The notes below the pieces were generated by a model, which was not told the origin of the DNA, made no database searches, and worked only from the letters and a program-made list of their open reading frames with translations. From a virus (taxonomy: Duplodnaviria; Heunggongvirae; Uroviricota; Caudoviricetes): a stretch of DNA of 64,000 nucleotides. Every line of letters starts with the position of its first letter. Position 1 is the stretch's first letter. Shown here piece by piece: positions 19,045 to 27,166 of this stretch. Both the position numbers and the translations under genes were made by a program. The DNA lies in the IMG/VR virus record IMGVR_UViG_3300028585_000514; one strand, 5' to 3'.

Positions 19045-19713
19045 ATGGCATATGAATGCAAGTTCTGTTTGAAGAACTTCGTACGCGAAGGCTCCTTCAT
19101 GAAACACCGTTGCGCCGAGATGAAGCGTGCGGAAGACATCGGTACCACGTCCGGCCAAGCAGCTTATGCTGCCTATGCATCTTGGATGCGGGCAATGAAC
19201 CGTAAGGTCCCACCAATCGAAACGTTCTCGACTTCGCGGTACTTCAACACGATGGTCAAATTTGTTGAATGGTGCTGGAAGGTTAAGCTACCATCAATGG
19301 AGAACTTCATCAAGCTGATGGTGTCGAGGAACTTGTCGCCTATGCTGTGGTGCCGCGATGAATGCTACTCGCTGTATCTGGAATGGATCGACCGAACGTC
19401 CGACCCGCTGGACCAAGCAGCCATCACTATCGATACGCTTTACAAGATGGCCGATGCTGCTGAGATGACGGTTGGTGACGTGTTTGGCCTGATTACTCAC
19501 AGGGAAGTGATGCAGCTCATCAGGCAACGTTTGTTGAGCCCATGGCTATTGCTTTGCTCCAGACGATTCAAAACGTTCCTGACGGCGCTAGAGCCACTCG
19601 ACAAAGACGAATTGATGTCATTGATCAACTACAGCTATTGGGCTGAGAAGTTCGATGCCAATCCAAAGATCGTCGAACAAATGAAACTACTGGCCGGAGA
19701 GATGGGCATATGA
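19045..19713 (+). CDS. Hypothetical protein with N-terminal zinc finger
   Basis: YECKFCLKNF...KHRC. Confidence 0.8.
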   Translation: MAYECKFCLKNFVREGSFMKHRCAEMKRAEDIGTTSGQAAYAAYASWMRAMNRKVPPIETFSTSRYFNTMVKFVEWCWKVKLPSMENFIKLMVSRNLSPMLWCRDECYSLYLEWIDRTSDPLDQAAITIDTLYKMADAAEMTVGDVFGLITHREVMQLIRQRLLSPWLLLCSRRFKTFLTALEPLDKDELMSLINYSYWAEKFDANPKIVEQMKLLAGEMGI

Positions 19714-20045
19714 TTGAAATATCGCAAGACACGATCGATGACGTACATGAAGTGCTTGGTGTGCTAAGCGATGGCATTGCTGGTGATTTGGAAGTTCAAG
19801 ACACCATTGCAAAGGTACGTGAAAGCTTGCCCCAGCCGTCATGGTTCTCAACAGATGATGAGCCGCGCAAAGGTGAGCGATCGGCACACCAAATTGCGTA
19901 TAGCATTTTGCAAGATCATTTGATCAGTGAGGACGAATGCAACAGCGTCGACTTCGAAGTGATCTATGGTCGCAAGACGTTGATGGAACTACTAGAGGAA
20001 ATCGAAAGGCGCGTCAGCAGCTATGAAGTACTACCATGGCAGTAA
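19710..20045 (+). CDS. Hypothetical protein
   Basis: Overlaps upstream stop (ATGA coupling). Confidence 0.65.
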   Translation: MIEISQDTIDDVHEVLGVLSDGIAGDLEVQDTIAKVRESLPQPSWFSTDDEPRKGERSAHQIAYSILQDHLISEDECNSVDFEVIYGRKTLMELLEEIERRVSSYEVLPWQ

Positions 20046-20421
20046 TGCCGATTACGATTTCCCATCGATTGAAGTCATACAGTCAGCAACAGAAGATAGT
20101 GATGTAGCAGCAAAAGCGGTGGTTGGCTATTACGTTACTCCAATGCGCGACTTTGCCGAGCGCATTGGAAAGTACGTATACGAAATAGTGCTCAAAGAAG
20201 ATGCAGTTGTAGAGGACCTTACTCTGTCGAACATGGTCTCAATCTATGAACGAGAAAATGCTCTGTTGGAGTGGGATGATCAAGCCAAGAATTATAAAAA
20301 GCTTCGACTTGAATACCTGGCAAAAGGCGTTGATATGGTAAGCATCATCGAACATAATGGCACTTCCGGAGAAAGCTTTATCGTCAACCTCGACGCAATC
20401 GCCACCTTTACAAAACTATGA
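20023..20421 (+). CDS. Putative ADP-ribosyltransferase-fold protein
   Basis: YYHGS, GYYVT, YVYEIVL, late strand GESFIV. Confidence 0.5.
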   Translation: MKYYHGSNADYDFPSIEVIQSATEDSDVAAKAVVGYYVTPMRDFAERIGKYVYEIVLKEDAVVEDLTLSNMVSIYERENALLEWDDQAKNYKKLRLEYLAKGVDMVSIIEHNGTSGESFIVNLDAIATFTKL

Positions 20422-21065
20422 TGATTGAACAACTACTTGATGCTCTGCCAAATGGCTCAACCTTGTATCCGTACGGGTCCCGAGTCTACGGTACAACAAC
20501 AGAAAACTCCGATCACGATTTTCAAATCATCCTCGCAGATAAAGACTTTAAGCGAGAAGATTGGCGCAATGAACTTGCCGCAACTGGGCTTGATCTTCAT
20601 GTGTGGAGCCATTCACAATGGGTGGATGCTTTGAACGATCATCGAGTGTATGCGTTGGAATGCTTTTACCTTCCTAAGGATAAGCAAATCAATAATTCGC
20701 TACACCTAGTCCATAAAATGAACACTATGAAATTCGGCTTCACTCTCAACAAAGCAAAGCTTCGTGAGGAGTTCTCGCGCGTGGCCTCGAACTCTTGGGT
20801 GAAGGCAAAGAAGAAGCTGATAGTTGAAGCAGACTACAACGAACGCATCGCTAAGAAGAGCATCTTCCATTCATTCCGCATCCTGGATTTCGGCGTGCAA
20901 ATTGCTACTAAAGGCCGCATCGTGGATTACAATTCAATGAATGGTATCTACTATGAAATCATGAGTCTTCCTGCTGATTGGGAGACGATTGACGCAACAC
21001 TAAGAGGACGACACAATGCTCTAGCGTCAGAGTTTCGAAATGTGTGTCCCAAGGAAAAGATATGA
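20418..21065 (+). CDS. Pol-beta-superfamily nucleotidyltransferase
   Basis: YPYGSRVYGTTTENSDHDF (GS...DxD). Confidence 0.8.
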   Translation: MMIEQLLDALPNGSTLYPYGSRVYGTTTENSDHDFQIILADKDFKREDWRNELAATGLDLHVWSHSQWVDALNDHRVYALECFYLPKDKQINNSLHLVHKMNTMKFGFTLNKAKLREEFSRVASNSWVKAKKKLIVEADYNERIAKKSIFHSFRILDFGVQIATKGRIVDYNSMNGIYYEIMSLPADWETIDATLRGRHNALASEFRNVCPKEKI

Positions 21066-21271
21066 GATGGGATAACTACCAAACTCGCTTCGCTAAAAGA
21101 CTTGCTAAGGTGAATTTCTGGCATTTGTATTTTGCTTGTTATCCAATTGAAATCAGTGGCCGGATATACTGGTTGGAAAAGATTTGGCGCAAAGGTCGCG
21201 AAGATCGATTCCGAAATGAAATCAACTACGATTACCGCGCATTGGAGGATGATCCATATGCCAAAGTTTAA
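21062..21271 (+). CDS. Hypothetical protein
   Basis: ATGA coupling; WHLYFACYPI...YWLEKIWRK. Confidence 0.55.
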   Translation: MRWDNYQTRFAKRLAKVNFWHLYFACYPIEISGRIYWLEKIWRKGREDRFRNEINYDYRALEDDPYAKV

Positions 21272-21581
21272 TCCAGTTGGTGCGGTCGATCCATACCAGA
21301 ATACGTACAAACCTTTGTGGGCAGTGTATGGCATCGCTGCCTCGTATCCTCAAATGCGCGCACTGTGTCTGAACGAAATCAATGGCACTGTCAATGTTTG
21401 GGGTTACAGCGTTTACCAACGCAAGCCCGGTTATCGCACCGATGGCATTGCTCTGTGTGTTTGGATTGAACGAAATCGAGGCAAGGACTTTGAACCAACG
21501 TTCTTTGACTCTTTGCCTAACGCATTAGACTATATGCGACAGCTGATGGAACCGAAATGCGAGCCGCTTAAGCAACGTTGA
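21258..21581 (+). CDS. Hypothetical protein
   Basis: GGAGG RBS before ATG 21258. Confidence 0.6.
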   Translation: MPKFNPVGAVDPYQNTYKPLWAVYGIAASYPQMRALCLNEINGTVNVWGYSVYQRKPGYRTDGIALCVWIERNRGKDFEPTFFDSLPNALDYMRQLMEPKCEPLKQR

Positions 21582-21591
21582 TTTTTCACAC

Positions 21592-21640
21592 GTGGGGTAT
21601 AAATATCTATGATCGTTTTGATCAATACAATTTATCCCAC
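21592..21640 (+). promoter_or_regulatory. Late promoter TATAAATA (21598-21605) within a hairpin
   Basis: gtggg..ataaat / atttat-cccac arms with inner tgatc/gatca stem. Confidence 0.65.
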
Positions 21641-21655
21641 TCATTGGAGGTTATC

Positions 21656-21811
21656 ATGTCTGCTGGTAAAAAAGAACATCGCCTAGAATCCAACATCGAG
21701 CAGTTGAACGAAATCATCAACACGCTCGTGGAAGAAAACCACATGCTTAAGGTATTGCTACAGCAGTACCAAGGAACAACCTCCAATGGTCAAAAACGAA
21801 AAAAGAACTAA
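21656..21811 (+). CDS. Small coiled-coil protein
   Basis: GGAGG RBS, MSAGKKEHRLESNIEQLNEII. Confidence 0.65.
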   Translation: MSAGKKEHRLESNIEQLNEIINTLVEENHMLKVLLQQYQGTTSNGQKRKKN

Positions 21812-21829
21812 TCATCTTTCACAGGAGAG

Positions 21830-22414
21830 ATTGACATAGATATCGATATTGACTTGCGATCGGATACGCCGATCGCTAAGATTTTCTCTCACTGGCCTCT
21901 TGCAATGCAGGTCGTCAATAACCGAGCTATGAAACACCCTTGCGGAATCTACCCGCAAGCGATCCCAACCGATCCGTTAACCGGCTTTGCAGCTATCCCT
22001 CACCGAGAAGCTGCAACGCTGGGTTACTTCAAGATCGACATGCTTCATAACTCTGTCTACAACCACTTCGAGTCCAAAGCTGAAATCGACGCTCTACTCG
22101 AACTCGACCCACCTTGGGAACTCCTCCGCTCCGCTTCAATCGTCAAGCAACTGTTTCAAATCTCTAAGCACTTCGACCTCATCAAACAACTCCAGCCAAA
22201 ATCAGTCAGTGACCTTGCTGATGCGATTGCGTTGATCCGTCCCGGTAAACGCCACATGGTTGAGAAGTATTTGACCCATAAGGAACAAGTTCGAGCGCTG
22301 CTTTACGATTACACCGCTGAGGACTATTCGTTTAAGAAAGGCCACGCGATCGCCTACGCCCAAGTCATTGTTCTTCAGCTTCACCTAATTTCATTAGGCG
22401 TGGACATCGAATAA
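21830..22414 (+). CDS. DNA polymerase III alpha (DnaE)-like fragment B (catalytic); start codon uncertain
   Basis: In-frame IDIDIDIDL upstream of TTG 21854; HPCGIY, YFKIDML, ALIRPG, YSFKKGHAIAYA match DnaE motifs. Confidence 0.8.
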   Translation: MDIDIDIDLRSDTPIAKIFSHWPLAMQVVNNRAMKHPCGIYPQAIPTDPLTGFAAIPHREAATLGYFKIDMLHNSVYNHFESKAEIDALLELDPPWELLRSASIVKQLFQISKHFDLIKQLQPKSVSDLADAIALIRPGKRHMVEKYLTHKEQVRALLYDYTAEDYSFKKGHAIAYAQVIVLQLHLISLGVDIE

Positions 22415-22438
22415 CACCATACCAAAAAAAAGAATAAT

Positions 22439-23461
22439 ATGGAACACGAAAGAAAAGATTTGCAGGGTCGCACGACTCTGTTCAAGACCATGTTCGGGTC
22501 CCGCCTCTACGGCACGAACACTCCGCAATCGGACATCGACTGGAAGGAAATCTTCCTTCCAAAGAAGAGCATGCTCCTCACTGGCCGTCAAGTGCGTAAC
22601 GTCGTCATCACTACTGGTGGTGACAAGACTCGCAACACCAAAGACGATGTCGATCAAGAATTCATCCCAATCCAAATCTTCGCCAAAGACTTCATCGGCG
22701 GTCAAACCTATGCCGTCGAACTTGCCTTTGCTGTTCTAGCCGAGGAGCACTCAGCAGGCCAGGAAGTGTATGACCTACAGTTCTTGGATTTCGTTCACGA
22801 GTTGTCTGAGAAGTTCCTGACTTCGAACATCAAAGCGATGATCGGCTATGCAATGAACCAAGCACAAATCTACGGCATCAAAGGTACGCGTCTGGCCTCC
22901 GTCCGTAAGTTCACTGATAAGCTTCGCGAAGAAGTCGCTATGGGCCACTATCGCCTTGACGACAAACTCGACGTGATCGATCCGTGGTTGATCGGCAACG
23001 AAGACAAGTACTTGTTCAAGACTACGTACGAGAACATGGACAAGAAGCATCCTGGCGTTAGTGTGCTAGAGAAGGTGTACCCATATTCGATCACGATCGA
23101 AGAAGCGATCCAACGCACTGAAGTCCTCATGAGCAAGTATGGTTCACGCGCTGCTGAAGCTGAGGCTGCAAATGGCATGGATTGGAAGGCAACGAGTCAC
23201 GCCATCCGCATCACTCAACAAGCAATCAAACTGCTACGTGAGCATCGTCTTCAGTTCCCATTCCCTAAAGAGAATGTCGAACAACTGCTATCCATCAAGC
23301 GAGGCGAACGCAGTGTTGATGAAGTGAAAACGTTGCTTGAGTCGTTGATGGACGAACTTGATCAAGTCAAAGACACTACAACCCTACCTTCGCGTGATGT
23401 GAAGATGGAGCAAGAGTTCGATGAATGGCTCGAAGAATGGATGCAACGCTTCTACGCGTAA
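22439..23461 (+). CDS. Pol-beta-superfamily nucleotidyltransferase
   Basis: MFGSRLYGTNTPQSDID; DWKATSHAIR; LLSIKRG. Confidence 0.82.
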   Translation: MEHERKDLQGRTTLFKTMFGSRLYGTNTPQSDIDWKEIFLPKKSMLLTGRQVRNVVITTGGDKTRNTKDDVDQEFIPIQIFAKDFIGGQTYAVELAFAVLAEEHSAGQEVYDLQFLDFVHELSEKFLTSNIKAMIGYAMNQAQIYGIKGTRLASVRKFTDKLREEVAMGHYRLDDKLDVIDPWLIGNEDKYLFKTTYENMDKKHPGVSVLEKVYPYSITIEEAIQRTEVLMSKYGSRAAEAEAANGMDWKATSHAIRITQQAIKLLREHRLQFPFPKENVEQLLSIKRGERSVDEVKTLLESLMDELDQVKDTTTLPSRDVKMEQEFDEWLEEWMQRFYA

Positions 23462-23558
23462 TCTGTATCTTTTAAGTCACAGCAAAATAGTTGTTTACAC
23501 ATGAAACCTTCTTGAGTTATAGTTGCAACATCAGCTAAAACTTAATGGAGGTTTCAAA

Positions 23559-24773
23559 ATGTGGATGTCCCGTACCCGTCGTACCGCTGCCTTCATGGTG
23601 GCAGCAATTCTCCTCTCCGCATGTGGCGGTGGCGGTGGTGATTCCAATCCGGCTCCGGTTTCGAATGCGCCGCCTATTGCGGTTGTGCCGGAACCAGTGA
23701 AGAAGGACCCGATTCCAGTCCTGAAATCCTCCTTCGAAAACAAAGCAGTTGCCGGCAAAGCACTCGGTTCGGTGAACATGCCAGCTGAAGTGAACCTGTC
23801 GAATACGGTAGCGTTTGCCGACTTCTTCCAGGACGGTACGTACTCGATGGTCACGCATTCGCTGATCTACAATCGCGACGACCCTAAGACCGCTGGCATG
23901 ATCGGCGCCGTCCGTTTCTACAAGAACGTCAATGGCGCCTGGGTCGACAATACATCGAAGCTCCTTTCCGATACTGCCGGATGCATCCATCCGCGTAAAG
24001 CGGTGGTGGCAGATTTCAATGGCGACAGCAAGCCTGATGTGTTCATCGCATGCCATGGCTTCGATGCGCCACCATACGTCGGCGAGAAGCAGCATATGCT
24101 CCTGAGCCAGAGCGATGGTACCTACAAAAACACGACTGTTCCGTTTACATGCTACTGCCACGGCGCTTCCGCTGCCGACGTGAACGGAGACAACTTCGCT
24201 GACATCCTCGTCACCGACAATCAAGCCAATGAAACGGTACCATTCTTCTTGATGAACGACAAGAATGGCGGGTTCGTCAAGGACTTCAGTCGTCTGCCAT
24301 TCCAGCCAAAGGTGTGGAGCAGCCCGAACATCACCTACACAATGAATGTTTCGTTCACTGCTGAACTGATTGACTTCGACAGCAAAGGCCACTACGATGC
24401 ATTCCTTGCCGGCACCGAAGCTCCTGATGACGAGGCAGGCATCCCGCCAACCATCTTTAAGAATGATGGCAAAGGTGATTTCAAGAACAAAGAGACAATC
24501 ATCACGTTCGGCACCAACGCAAAATACTCGACGACACTCGACATCGCTTATGCCTGGCCATATGTCTATCTGAACCGTGTCGAAACTAAAGGCGGCTTGT
24601 ATGGCTTCAGCGCCATCGAGAAGATCGACCTTCGTGATCATAAAGTGGCCAATACGATCTATACCAACTCGAACAACTTCGCGAACGGTTCGACCTGGCT
24701 GAACTGGATCATGTTGTACCAGGACAAGGTCGTTAGTCAGAACGCAGTGTTCAACGTGTCGGTCAAACAATAG
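23559..24773 (+). CDS. Lipoprotein with FG-GAP/VCBS repeats
   Basis: Lipobox LSAC followed by GGGGG; ADFFQDG, ADFNGDSKPD, ADVNGDNFAD, IDFDSKGHYD; upstream TTTACA...TATAGT. Confidence 0.85.
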   Translation: MWMSRTRRTAAFMVAAILLSACGGGGGDSNPAPVSNAPPIAVVPEPVKKDPIPVLKSSFENKAVAGKALGSVNMPAEVNLSNTVAFADFFQDGTYSMVTHSLIYNRDDPKTAGMIGAVRFYKNVNGAWVDNTSKLLSDTAGCIHPRKAVVADFNGDSKPDVFIACHGFDAPPYVGEKQHMLLSQSDGTYKNTTVPFTCYCHGASAADVNGDNFADILVTDNQANETVPFFLMNDKNGGFVKDFSRLPFQPKVWSSPNITYTMNVSFTAELIDFDSKGHYDAFLAGTEAPDDEAGIPPTIFKNDGKGDFKNKETIITFGTNAKYSTTLDIAYAWPYVYLNRVETKGGLYGFSAIEKIDLRDHKVANTIYTNSNNFANGSTWLNWIMLYQDKVVSQNAVFNVSVKQ

Positions 24774-24789
24774 ACGATCACACCAAAGC

Positions 24790-24817
24790 AAAAAGGGAGC
24801 CATTGGCTCCCTTTTTT
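24790..24817. terminator. Bidirectional terminator at strand switch
   Basis: aaaaagggagcc / ggctcccttttt. Confidence 0.8.
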
Positions 24818-24878
24818 GTCGTCTGCAACTCCTATTGGGCATTTCAATTTGATGTCCCTGGCGGCGTCCTGATCATTC

Positions 24879-24974
24879 TCAATAGATAAATGGATCGGAC
24901 TTACCGTTGCGCTTCTTCTTGAGTAGACTCTTCTTCTTCCACGACAGAAGTAAATCTTTAAAGAACTTCAACAT
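24879..24974 (-). CDS. 31-aa basic peptide MLKFFKDLLLSWKKKSLLKKKRNGKSDPFIY
   Basis: AAGGA upstream, ATG overlaps end of the SGNH-like gene, TGA stop; absent from ORF track. Confidence 0.6.
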   Translation of the reverse strand: MLKFFKDLLLSWKKKSLLKKKRNGKSDPFIY

Positions 24975-25812
24975 TTAGTTTTTCCTTTACGAAATTATGG
25001 AGTGTCTTACCCCATGAATAGTGTGCATCTTCTAGCGGATGAAGGCCTGTTCCTTGTTTAAAACCATGATCGATCGAATGTGAGTAGAATGAAATACGGG
25101 AGAAGAAATCGATAAACGTTTTATAATCCTCTACCCTACCTTGATACCATTCATTAAAGAACCAACGATCGTTCATCACCATCTCATATAAGTCTTTGAG
25201 TTGATCGTTATCCTGAATTTTCTTAATATCCGATTCTTCAAAAGAATGTTCTAGGTGATTCGACAATCCATAGCTGAAGACATAGTCCACTCCAACCGAT
25301 TCGAGATAATTCTTCAGGTGAAGAATGCCCATCAAATGCGAAGTCATGCAATGAAGCAAATCAGTACTCGCCCATTCAGCATGAAGCTTAGCCAAACGAA
25401 CAAATCCTGATGGTAGCGTAGTATGCTTGATGTGGCCTGGTATAAACTGCGCATATCGATCGTACATCATATATTCAAATCGATCGACGGTAGTCCATCC
25501 AACCACAACCAGAATTTCCTCTGGCTTGTGCGTCTTAAGCAAATTATTTACACCAAGAATCGTTGTTCTGACGATTCTCGAATTACTACCACCGCCTTCG
25601 GCGTCATTCACAATATTAGGTATTCCCAATAATTCCTTAGCGATAAAGGAATAATTGTGAGTCATCATATGCTCAATATGCTCAGGTGAAGGCACATTGA
25701 ATGTACGAGAGATGTTTGGTGAAAACTTACTCTCGTCATAGTTGAATTTCTTATTGCCAAGTTCCGACCCTTCAGTCATAGAACAGCCATTGGCGTATAA
25801 CACCGAATACAT
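24958..25812 (-). CDS. SGNH/GDSL-hydrolase-like protein
   Basis: LYANGCSMTEG (block I), GGSNSRI, HPLEDAH (block V). Confidence 0.65.
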   Translation of the reverse strand: MYSVLYANGCSMTEGSELGNKKFNYDESKFSPNISRTFNVPSPEHIEHMMTHNYSFIAKELLGIPNIVNDAEGGGSNSRIVRTTILGVNNLLKTHKPEEILVVVGWTTVDRFEYMMYDRYAQFIPGHIKHTTLPSGFVRLAKLHAEWASTDLLHCMTSHLMGILHLKNYLESVGVDYVFSYGLSNHLEHSFEESDIKKIQDNDQLKDLYEMVMNDRWFFNEWYQGRVEDYKTFIDFFSRISFYSHSIDHGFKQGTGLHPLEDAHYSWGKTLHNFVKEKLNVEVL

Positions 25813-25813
25813 T

Positions 25814-27094
25814 TTAAATCTCCAAATAATTTAGAAGCCCTGCCATATTTTCACCGCGAATAGTGTCTAACTTAGCGGTAACCTTTTTGAACTCTTCAAA
25901 GTTCGCGCTATCGTCTTTTTCGTACATATATGTTATGAGATTCTCAAAACCATCACCAATGATACCGTGATTAACATCTAGCCATTCGATATGTTTTCTA
26001 ATCTTCTCTGCTGCCTTATCCTTGATGTGCATTGGCAAAGCTTGGATATTGTAGTGGTCAGGATAAATCAACGGATTGATCATAAACACATCCGAATAAT
26101 AATTTTCAGGATCAGTCTTCAATCCATCTTTGATGATGTACTTCCTGTTAAGAAGAAGTTCATGCAAATCAGTGATATGGAAAATGTTCAATATGCTAAC
26201 CGTAGGATGGATGCGATACTTGATGTGTGCCATGCGTGGATCATTAGTCAGAAGCTCGAAGTTCTTTTCGACGTCAGCCCAATTGCCACCTGAGCGAATC
26301 AAGTCAAAGTATTCACCGAAGCCATCAACGCTGATTGATAGAGTGATGTCGCTGAAGTTCTTCCATAGCTCAGGTACCTCAATTCCCTTATACTTCATCA
26401 CTGTGAAGTTTGTGGAATAAAGAATTTCTAAATCGGTATTGCCTTCCTCTAGGAAGCGGTTGATCATACGGTAGTGTTCATCCATCAACAGTGGTTCGCC
26501 GCCAGCAAAGTGAATGCTTTCGACGTGCGGGTACAACGGATCGATCATGTCCCAGAATTGATCCTTGTCCTCTACGATTTTGAGGAAGCGACCTTTACCA
26601 TATTGCGCCTTATCGATATTATGGACAGCTAAGAAATCATCGTACCATGGAGTGGAGAAATCAGGACCACATGTTCTGCATTTGAGATTGCAGATATTAG
26701 AGAATCTGAAGTCCCAATGGACGATATTAAGCTCTGGAACAGAACCATCTACTTCTGTTGATTGAACCACATCGTAGTATTTCTCGGCATACTTTGCATT
26801 GAGGCCATCACGTAACGTAGAGAACTTGTTTGTGCCTTTTGAATAGCAGCGATTGCAGACATCTGGTGTAGGGACATCGTTCAGCATGTTGCGTCGAAGT
26901 TCGCGCATCTTTTCGCTGTTCCAAACTTGGATGATTGATTCTTTTTTGAGGTTGCCTACGTTGGCCTCAAAAGGGGACAAGCAGCATGGAATAACATCGC
27001 CGGTAGGTAGACCATGAAGGTGTGTCCACGGGCTCATACAAAACACTTTAGAATGCTGTGTATAAAATTCCTTAGTGTTCATTTCCATTTTCAT
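25814..27094 (-). CDS. Radical SAM protein with N-terminal SPASM/twitch-like domain
   Basis: CMSPW...PCC...CNRC; CNLKCRTC; FAGGEP; likely start ATG 27094 after late promoter and AAGGA. Confidence 0.9.
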   Translation of the reverse strand: MKMEMNTKEFYTQHSKVFCMSPWTHLHGLPTGDVIPCCLSPFEANVGNLKKESIIQVWNSEKMRELRRNMLNDVPTPDVCNRCYSKGTNKFSTLRDGLNAKYAEKYYDVVQSTEVDGSVPELNIVHWDFRFSNICNLKCRTCGPDFSTPWYDDFLAVHNIDKAQYGKGRFLKIVEDKDQFWDMIDPLYPHVESIHFAGGEPLLMDEHYRMINRFLEEGNTDLEILYSTNFTVMKYKGIEVPELWKNFSDITLSISVDGFGEYFDLIRSGGNWADVEKNFELLTNDPRMAHIKYRIHPTVSILNIFHITDLHELLLNRKYIIKDGLKTDPENYYSDVFMINPLIYPDHYNIQALPMHIKDKAAEKIRKHIEWLDVNHGIIGDGFENLITYMYEKDDSANFEEFKKVTAKLDTIRGENMAGLLNYLEI

Positions 27095-27116
27095 ATTAGT
27101 GTCCTTTATAAAGTCA

Positions 27117-27124
27117 TATTTATC
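27117..27124 (-). promoter_or_regulatory. Late promoter-like GATAAATA inside radical SAM cluster
   Basis: Lies just downstream of terminator 27139-27164. Confidence 0.55.
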
Positions 27125-27138
27125 TTTTGCCAAAAAAC

Positions 27139-27164
27139 AAAAAAGGAGACCGAAGTCTCCTTTT
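27139..27164 (-). terminator. UUCG terminator
   Basis: Minus strand aaaaggagac-TTCG-gtctcctttttt. Confidence 0.8.
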
Positions 27165-27166
27165 CA

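Noticed and set aside
23535-24842. 435-aa minus-strand ORF, and similar long antisense ORFs at 16750-17508, 56088-57077, 57255-58127 and 60842-61543
   Set aside because: They shadow well-supported genes on the other strand; codon bias suppresses antisense stops, and they have no motifs or RBS
27095-27133. TTG start of the radical-SAM ORF given in the track
   Set aside because: It lies upstream of a late box; ATG 27094 has an AAGGA RBS and is more plausible
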